Positions 50,001 through 60,495 of a DNA stretch of 64,000 nt are shown one piece after another; positions within the stretch are counted from its first letter, which is position 1; the number at the start of each line of letters is the position of its first letter. Source of the DNA: Eledone cirrhosa (lineage: Eukaryota); the NCBI GenBank assembly GCA_964016885.1, contig OZ024764.1, forward strand, positions 7,812,001 through 7,876,000. The letters run 5' to 3'. The notes beneath the pieces were generated by a model. The model was not told the origin of the DNA. It saw nothing but the letters and a program-made list of their open reading frames with translations, and searched no databases. The position numbers and the translations under genes were made by a program.

Positions 50001-51568
50001 TCTCTCCCATTCACCCTCTTTCTCTTTCCTCTCTCCCTTCCACGTCATTTCCAGATCTCTCTTTCTCCCTTCCAACTCATTTCCAGCCATCTCTCTCTCC
50101 CTTCCAAGTCATTTCCAGCCATCTCTCTCTCTCTCCCTTCCAAGTAATTTCCAGATCTCGATCTCTCTCCCATCCAAGTCATTTCCAGATCTCTCTTTCT
50201 TCCTTCCAACTCATTTCCAGCCATCTCTCTCTCCCTTCCAAGTCATTTCCTGCCATCTCTCTCTCTCCCTTCCAAGTCATTTCCAGATCTCTCTTTCTCC
50301 CTTCCAACTCATTTCCAGCCATCTCTCTCTCCCTTCCAAGTCATTTCCAGCCATCTCTCTCTCCCTTCCAACTAATTTCCACCCATCTCTCTCTCTCAAG
50401 TCATTTCCACCCATCTCTCTCTCTCTCTCTCAAGTCATTTCCAGCCATCTCTCTCTCTCTCTCTCAAGTCATTTCCACCCATCTCTCTCTCTCTCTCAAG
50501 TCATTTCCAGCCATCTCTCTCTCTCTCTCTCCCTCTCTCCCATTCCTCTCTTCCTTCCAACTCATTTCCAGCCTTCTCTCTCTCTCAAGTCATTTCCAGC
50601 CATCTCTCTCTCTCTCTCCATCTCTCCCATTCCTCTCTTCCTTCCAACTCATTTCCAGCCTTCTCTCTCTCTCAAGTCATTTCCAGCCATCTCTCTCTCT
50701 CTCTCCCTTTCAAGTCACTTCCAGCCATCTCTCTCTGCCTTCCAAGTCATTTCCAGACATATCTCTCTCTCTTCCTTCCAAGTAATTTCCAGCCATCTCT
50801 CTCTCCCATTCCTCTCTTCCTTTCTTTAACGTGGTTGACCTTACACCACAGATATATATTTTTGCTCTTATCTTCCTGTTTCTTTCCCAGAAAAACCTCT
50901 TCATTTTCTAGTTTCCTTTTCCAGTGAAAGACTGTCGTCAGAAATTTTAACCCATTTTTATTTTATTTTTTATGTTATGCTAATATATAGTTATAGAAAT
51001 CTGTTCTCTGGTGCTGTCTGTGTGTGTGTGTGTGTATATATATATTTGCAACCACGCAGCACACCATTTTTTTTATATTTTTCATATATTTATATATTTT
51101 CCTCCACTATAACCTGTCTGTTTTTTTCTTACTGCTTCCCCTTTCTCTGTATCTCTCACTTTCTTTTTACCCCCTCTGCCAGTCACTCTCTCTGTTAGCC
51201 TCTTCCTCACACTTTCACTCACTCACTCTCTGCTACTCCCTCTCCTACTTCCTCCCGTTTGACCTGTGCGAAATTCTTTCCTCGCTCACATTTCGACCAG
51301 GTTGGATGGTCTTTATTCTCTCTCGTCTACCATTTCACAGAACTTATGTTTATCGATTTCAGGGATTTGACTCCTTCTTCCTCACTTTTCGTTGCATTAT
51401 CATCTTTGTTTGTTTACTGTCTCGCTCGTTCCCCTTATTTACGTGTCCCAACGACTTTCCTTAGCCGTTGCTCGCACCAACCAGAGGTATATGGTCTTTT
51501 AAAGCGATGAAATACCAATGAAGGTTGGAAGATCACTGATGAAGGACTAATTTTATTCATATATATAT

Positions 51569-51643
<75 letters not shown>

Positions 51644-51662
51644 TATATATATATATATACAC

Positions 51663-51720
<58 letters not shown>

Positions 51721-52270
51721 AAGTTAAATAAAAGTCAAATGATTAAAATTTAGCTTCGTTTATTACTGCTATATATATTTCAGTGACAGCCATCTTTGGC
51801 TGTGACCTCTTCAGGCAGTTTGAATTAGTATGGTATAGACAAGTACATATGTTGTTTAGGTGTATGATATTGTCAATACTCTGATATGCCCAGTTCCTTG
51901 TTGGGTTGTTAATTCACTGGGGAACTGGAGTCATATCCAGTTATGAACTGGAGTCATATGACTCCAGTTCCCCAGTGAATTAACAACCCAACAAGGAACT
52001 GGGCATATCAGAGTATTGACAATATCATACACCTAAACAACATATGTACTTGTCTATACCATACTAATTCAAACTGCCTGAAGAGGTCACAGCCAAAGAT
52101 GGCTGTCACTGAAATATATATAGCAGTAAACGAAGCTAAATTTTAATCATTTGACTTTTATTTAACTTTATTTTACACTACTCCGGAGTAACCAAACCAA
52201 CCTGCGCACTTCGTCGAGTGCTCCAGCCTGCATACTGAGGTGTTGGTATACAACCAACATAAACTCAAAA

Positions 52271-52342
<72 letters not shown>

Positions 52343-52357
52343 TATATATATATATAT

Positions 52358-52432
<75 letters not shown>

Positions 52433-52648
52433 TATGTATGTATATATATATATATATACATAGGAAGAGGGTCAGGACCCCGACGGCTGAGCTCCGGTCG
52501 TTTCGATAGCTAGTTTGGATCTAGCTGTCGAAATGGCCGGAACTCAGACGTCGGGGTCCTGACCCTTTTTCTATTACCCACTCTACTACCCTAAGTATTG
52601 AGTACTCTGGTTCATTACGGTCCACCTGGTATCTTACCATACCTTCTT

Positions 52649-52690
<42 letters not shown>

Positions 52691-53289
52691 GAGGCACATG
52701 GCTTAGTGGTTAGAGCATTGGCCTTGCAATCGAAAGGTTGTCAGTTCAATTCTCAGACCGGGTGATGTGTTGTTTCCTTGAGCAAGACACTTTATTTCAC
52801 ATTGCTCCAGTTTACTCAGCTGTAGAAATGAGATGATAGGGACTGGGGTCCCTATCATTCCACTGCAAAGTGGTCGTGGAGGTGCCACGGAACAAAAGCA
52901 CCCAGCACTCACTGTAAATGAGGTTGGTGTTAGGAAGGGCATCCAGCTGTAGAAATCCAGCCAGAATCGGTTCCCGTCCTACCCTTGCAAGCAGGGAAAA
53001 AGCGGACGTAAAATGAAATGATGATGAATGATATGATTAAAAGTTTAACAAGGTTCAATGAATAAAGTTTCACAATAGATTAGAAGCACTCTACAGTAAG
53101 GTTTTCTGGAGTTATTAATATTACTTCAAAATATGCCATGACTAAATTATAACCATCAACATAGTCAAGGTATGTCAGGCATCAACTTATTTTATCTGAT
53201 GAGGACGTACTGTTGAAATAGCTCAGTACCTCTGAAATATGTATAATAAAATGTTTGATCACATGAATGTCTATATTAATATTTTGAAG

Positions 53290-53335
<46 letters not shown>

Positions 53336-56300
53336 TCATCATCATCACCTTTGTTTAACGTCTATCTCCACGCTAGCATGGGTTAGACGGGAGTTGTCCC
53401 ACTTGAGGCAAGGTTAGTTGGATGACCGTGTCTCGCTCATATAGGACTATCTGGCAGGTTTTCTACGGCTGGATTCCCTTCCTAACACCAACCACATTTA
53501 CAGTGTGGAACTGGGAACTTTTTGTGTTACCTACACGGCCACATTACAGCATGGACTGTGTGTTTTTTTTGTTGTGACACCTACTCGTATATATCATCAT
53601 CATCATCATTTTACGCCCGCTTTTCCCTGCTTGCAAGAGTGGGACGGGAACTGATTCTGGCTTGATTTCTACAGAAAATACAATAGTATATATAGAATAA
53701 TGTAAATGTTATGTGAAATTAAAGCCTTTACTGTGAAAATACAACAGTATATATAGAGTAATGTAAATGTTATGTGAGATATTATGTGAGGTAAAGCCTT
53801 TACTGTGACAATACAATAGTATATATAGAGTAATGTAAATGTTATGTGAGATATTATGTGAGGTAAAGCCTTTACTGTGACAATACAATAGTATATATAG
53901 AGTAATGTAAATGTTATGTGAGATATTATGTGAGGTAAAGCCTTTACTGTGACAATACAATAGTATATATAGAGTAATATAAATGTTATGTGAGATATTA
54001 TGTGAGGTAAAGCCTTTATTGTGATCATATAATAGTATATATAGAGTAATGTAAATGTTATGTGAGATATTATGTGAGGTAAAGCCTTTACTGTGAAAAT
54101 ACAATAGTATATATAGAGTAATGTAAAGACTAAATGGTTAACCAAGAGCTAAGAAATTTATAGTAGATAAATTACGAGATATTCATTCATGATTTATTTG
54201 AGGTAATCCAACTTATTTTAATAACGTGTTCAGACATATTCTCGCAGTTCTCCAATCGTTATATATTATAAATATAATATAAAGTCTGTTCGTTTGTTTC
54301 TGTAGTTGTTCCGGAAAGATCTAATAAGTGCCATGAAGCTAGCAGATTCCGACCCGCTCCAACCTGAGGAATATTTCCAAATCTCTGACCCTTGGCGCCA
54401 GGAATGGGAGAAAGGTGTTCAGGTCCCAGTCAACCCTACCAGTATTCCTGAGATTAATGTCAGGTAAGCTTCTCTTTCTCTCTATATCTATCTCTAATTG
54501 TGTGTGAGTATATATATATATATATTTATATATACATATATATATATAGAGAGGGATCAGCTGCTGTTTACTCGAGAGAAGATTACGTTGGTATGGTCAT
54601 GTGATGTGCATGAAAGACGAAAGCTGTATAAAATAGTGCAGAGCAATCAAAATTGATGGAAGTTAGAGAATAAGTAGACCCAGAAAAACCTGGGACGACA
54701 CGATAAAATCCAACCTTGCACACTTGAACCTCTCTTGGAGATCTTTGGCACCCAGTCCACACTGTAAAGTGGTCGTGTAGGTATCATGATACAAAGCACC
54801 CAGCCCACACTGTAAAGTGATCATGTGGTTGATATGATTTTTTTATATATTTTTTTTTTTTATATATATAGTTAAGTATGCTTTAATATTACGTGATAAA
54901 TTATTTATTTTCGAAGAAGGGAGATAATTACATATGTCATAAAATTATCAATTCAATGTTATTTAAGTAGATGATATCAACTATATACTATTCTACTCAA
55001 TAATTTCGATATCTAAGTATACAAATTCTTTCCCCTTTATTATTATATCTCCTTAATATTATTCCTGTCTTAATAGAATATTTTTCCTGATACATTATAT
55101 ACTTTTGATTTAATACCTGTCTATAATGATTATAAGCGAAACTATCACGTAACCCCCTTATGTGCTGAGGTTTTTCTCATCATATGCCAGGTGGTCATCG
55201 ATCTGTCCAGTTCGTTTGTCTACCAGCATATCAGAAAAAAATTCTACATTTTCTATATATTTTGTCTGAGGAGAACATATTTTGGTTTATGTTATATATA
55301 AAACTTTACATCTTCAAAATATATATATCATGAAATAAATAGAGATGATATGAAGTATATATCTTTCGTTTATTACTATTACTAGCAGAAAAACCACTCT
55401 TCGGGTGGTTTTTCTGCTAGCATGTGTTGTGTGTATATTGATATTATACACAAGTATATATACATGTAGATATGATACATCAAATAAAATCGTAATTGAC
55501 AATATACACAGAAATTGAACGAAGACTGTGTTACACTCTCTTATGTAATCCATGATACATAAAAAAAAGACGATATTATATATAAACTGCATTAGGAGAA
55601 AATTAGTGACAGAAATATATGAATGTTTATTTAAGCGATCACTAACCAGAAGTGTTGACATTTGAAAATTTTAAAGAAGTGAATCTTTAAATAAGTAATA
55701 AAATATATTTAGTCAACAGCTACAAAGTTTAGTAGATAAATTATGTAATATTCATTCATTATTTATTCAAAGTAATCCAACTTATTTTACTAATGGGATA
55801 AAAAATTATACGCAGTCCCGCACTCCTTACTTTATTATGGTTTAGATTATATATATAGTTATACTTTGGAAGAGTCATGCTGCCAATAAAAAACACATGC
55901 ACCTGTGGATTTTGCATCAATTTATTACAAATTTCAGGTGGTTTATTTGATTATTTATTGTTAAAGCTTTTTCATCACACTCTGTGACCTCCTCAGTGAC
56001 AATTTGGTGATATCCTTTTAATACTCAAGGTATTAATAATAGTTATCATAATTAACTAATTTATATATATATATATATATATATGTACGTCAATACTCCT
56101 CTTTTTCCATTTATCTGAGGGTTCTAAACCCCATTATCAGGCTAAAATTCCTTTAGTCAAAAATACGGTGAAAGCTATTCTATTTTCTAATTTCAAACCT
56201 GCTCACTGTTTCAAAACATACTTACTTGCCAATATATATATATGTATGTAATGAAATATATTCATTTTTATTCTTAAATATTTTACAGAGTTTTGCGTGA

Positions 56301-59300
56301 GAAACCAAAATCTGGCGACTTTAAAATGTAAGTTTTTTTCTTTGTAACATCCATAGTGTTTCTAGGATAACATCATTGCTGTTTTGGCCTCGGTTTAGAA
56401 TAAGTACACACATAACTAAGTAGCAGAACATTCTAAATTACAAAACACTATGACTACATCATATTAAATGTCTTTACTGTAATATTGTAAATTTTCATAA
56501 CAATCTGTCCACCAGTAAAGATACTATAAACATTTAGTACAAAACAACACTATGACTACATTGCATTAAATATTAAAGTCTTTACTGTAATACTGTAAAT
56601 TTTCATAACAACCTGTCCACCAGTAAAGATACTATAAACATTTAGTACAAAACAACACTATGACTACATCACATTAAATATTAAAGTCTTTACTGTAATA
56701 CTGTAAATGTTCACAACAATCTGTCCCCCAGTAAAGATACTATGAACATTTAGTACAAAACAACACTATGACTACATCACATTAAATATTAAAGTCTTTA
56801 CTGTAATACTGTAAATTTTCTGATCTGATGATCAGCTCCTTCTTTCTGCCAGGAGTTGGGACTGACAAAAAGTATCAGTAATGGAAAGACCAATGGAAAC
56901 ATTGTTTCCTTGGTCTGATCTGATGATCAGCTCCTTTCTTCTGTCAGGTGTTGTGACTGACAGATAGTATCAATAATAGAAAGACCAATGGAAACATTGT
57001 TTCCTTGGTCTGATCTGATGATCAGCTCCTTTCTTCTGCCAGGAGTTGTGACTGACAGATAGTATCAGTAATGGAAAGACCAATGGAAACATTGTTTCCT
57101 TGGTCTGATCTGATGATCAAAACCTTTCTTCTGCCAGGAGTTGTGACTGACAGATAGTATCAGTAATGGAAAGACCAATGGAGACATTGTTTCCTTGGTC
57201 TGATCTGATGATCAGCTCCTTTCTTCTGCCAGGTGTTGTGACTGACAGATAGTATCAGTAATGGAAAGACCAATGGAAACATTGTTTCCTTGGTCTGATC
57301 TGATGATCAAAACCTTTCTTCTGCCAGGAGTTGTGACTGACAGATAGTATCAGTAATGGAAAGACCAATGGAAACATTGTTTCCTTGGTCTGATCTGATG
57401 ATCAAAACCTTTCTTCTGCCAGGAGTTGTGACTGACAGATAGTATCAGTAATGGAAAGACCAATGGAGACATTGTTTCCTTGGTCTGATCTGATGATCAG
57501 CTCCTTTCTTCTGCCAGGAGTTGTGACTGACAGATAGTATCAGTAATGGAAAGACCAATGGAAACATTGTTTCCTTGGTCTGATCTGATGATCAAAACCT
57601 TTCTTCTGCCAGGAGTTGTGACTGACAGATAGTATCAGTAATGGAAAGACCAATGGAGACATTGTTTCCTTGGTCTGATCTGATGATCAGCTCCTTTCTT
57701 CTGCCAGGTGTTGTGACTGACAGATAGTATCAGTAATGGAAAGACCAATGGAAACATTGTTTCCTTGGTCTGATCTGATGATCAAAACCTTTCTTCTGCC
57801 AGGAGTTGTGACTGACAGATAGTATCAGTAATGGAAAGACCAATGGAAACATTGTTTCCTTGGTCTGATCTGATGATCAGCTCCTTCTGTCAGGAGTTGT
57901 GACAGACAGATAGTATCAGTAATGGAAAGACCAATGGAGACATTGTTTCCTTGGTCTGATCTGACTATCAGCTCCTTTCTTCTGCCAGGAGTTGTGACTG
58001 ACAGATAGTATCAGTAATGGAAAGACCAATGGAAACACTGTTTCCTTGGTCTGATCTGATGATCAGCTCCTTTCTTCTGCCAGGAGTTGTGACTGACAGA
58101 TAGTATCAGTAATGGAAACATTGTTTCTTTGGTTTGATATGATGATCAGCTTGTATTTGGTGGCAGAGGCTCCACCAAATTTTCCCTCTTGCCTGAAGGG
58201 TTTTTCTCACCTCAGCCCCCGTTTCATCTATTTGCAGTCCCCGTAACCCGCGAAAGCTGCTCCACGCCACACAGGACGAGAGTTACCGACAGAGCATCCA
58301 TGAACTGACTGGGATGCAACAGTTGTCTGAGCAAGTTGTCCGATATGACCTTGATGATATTGATGTGTGTTGGTTAACGAAGCTTAACGAGGAGAGAGAG
58401 GAGATGGGTAAGTTAATGACTTGTACAATATTTATACATGTGATACTTCGCAATACCAGTTTAATTTGTTCCACGGCTGAGCTCGTTTAATGATTTACTT
58501 GTTTTACAAATCAATTTTCCCCATTGAAATTAATTAAATTATATATAATCTGTTCCAGCCCCCAAAACAACCAAAAATAATTTTTTATGGGTTTTAAAAC
58601 GGAAAAGGTTCAGTTAAAAGGAAAATGACAATTATAAAAAGATAAAAGAGAATGCAAAAGAAATATGTAAACTAGTTTTATTAATTGGAGATAAGGCTGA
58701 GATGGTATGAACATGTGATGCGCGTGGAGGATGACCGCTGGGTAAAGAAGTGCCAAGAAATCCCAGTAGAAGGAAGACGTAGTAGAGGTAGACCACGTAA
58801 AACATGGGGGGCGGAGGTGGTGAGAGCAGACCTCTGATTGCTGAAAACCACAGATGACGAAGGACCGTGACCAGTGGAGAGATGCTGTGCTGAATAGGAC
58901 CTGTCCAACCTTTGCAAGCAGGGAAAAGCGGACGTAAAATGGATGACGACAATGATGAAGAGCGGTGAATTGGCAGTATCGGTAGAGGGTCGGACACCAT
59001 GCTTTCCAGCATAGAGTTTCGTATCTTTACAGACAGTTCAAATCCCGCTGAGGTTAACTTTACCTTTCGTCCTTACGGGGTCGATAAAATGAAGTACCAG
59101 TAATGCACTGGGGTAATTGCTGGCTTTGTGCCAAAAGTAGAAACAATTATTTGTGTGAAACTTGCTCGTACTGTGGATTTTCAATTACAACTCCCTTGAT
59201 GTTTCACTAAACAAGGCTTTTAAGGCACACACGAGAGAGGACTGGGATAATTGGATGAAGGATCCACAGCATGTACTGACACAGGCAGGACGTATGAAGA

Positions 59301-59661
59301 GGCCTACATTTTCCCAGGTAACCCAGTGAAAAACTTACAGGGTGCTGTGAAAACTGAGACAGTTATAAAAGCTTTAAAAAAAAAATGTGGCATCAGCAAC
59401 GCCCTAGATGGCACCAAGATGATTTTCTGTATAATGATAGCGACACAAGTGATTCTGAAAACAGAGAGCTGACCTAAGGGAATGCGAGGAATATGATGGA
59501 TTTCAGGGACTACACGAGGATGCCAGCAGTCGCGATTTTATAAGATTTGAAAGTGATTAAAATTTTAATCGTGTTAATTCACCATAATTTTATTTTTCCT
59601 CGATATTCACGTTAAATTTAGAGTGTGTCTTATATTAAAAAAAATACTGTATATGTATATT

Positions 59662-59694
<33 letters not shown>

Positions 59695-60448
59695 ATGAAA
59701 GGCATTAGAGGCATATGGCTTAGTGGTTAGAGCATTGGCCTTGCAATCGAAAGGTTGTGAGTTCAATTCTTGGACCGGGTGATGTGTTGTTTCCTTGAGC
59801 AAGACACTTTATTTCAAATTGCTCCAGTTTACTCAGCTGTAGAAATGAGATGATAGGGACAGGGGTCCCTATCATTCCACTGCAAAGTGGTCGTGGAGGT
59901 GCCACGGCAAAAAAGCACCCAGCACTCACTGTAAATGAGGTTGGTGTTAGGAAGGGCATCCAGCTGTAGAAATCAAGCCAGTATCAGTTCCCGTCCCACC
60001 CTTGCAAGCAGGGAAAAGCGGACGTAAAATGATGATGATAGAAAGTATTGTAGCAAGAAGCCAACAGTATTCCATAATATATAAGTGACTATAGCGTCAA
60101 AATGGGAAAATAGTTAACGTAAGATGTGGGAAAAATAATTCAAACTCAATTCAAAAAGAATCGGGATATAGATTTATCCAACAGAATTTAGTGAAATCCA
60201 GGGAAAAATCAATAGAGCCTTAACTCATGATAAAATAAAGTTTAAAATACTCATCCTTCAATTTGGGACAACTACAAATGCTCTGTATAGTCTTGAAAAA
60301 GACTATTTCACGTAAACTTTCAGTGGAGATGGTCAGCAGAGCTCAACACGATAGCCAGATTCCCACTGATTCATATGCCAAAAAGGGAATTTAAAAGCAG
60401 GCTAGTTTACCAGTGTATATATATATGTATATGTATGTATATATGTAG

Positions 60449-60495
<47 letters not shown>

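Noticed and set aside
58216-58246. Alternative acceptor CTCAG at 58215 for JADE exon 6
   Set aside because: Shifts the frame by 22 nt and reaches TAA within about 10 codons; 58238 restores the conserved motif.
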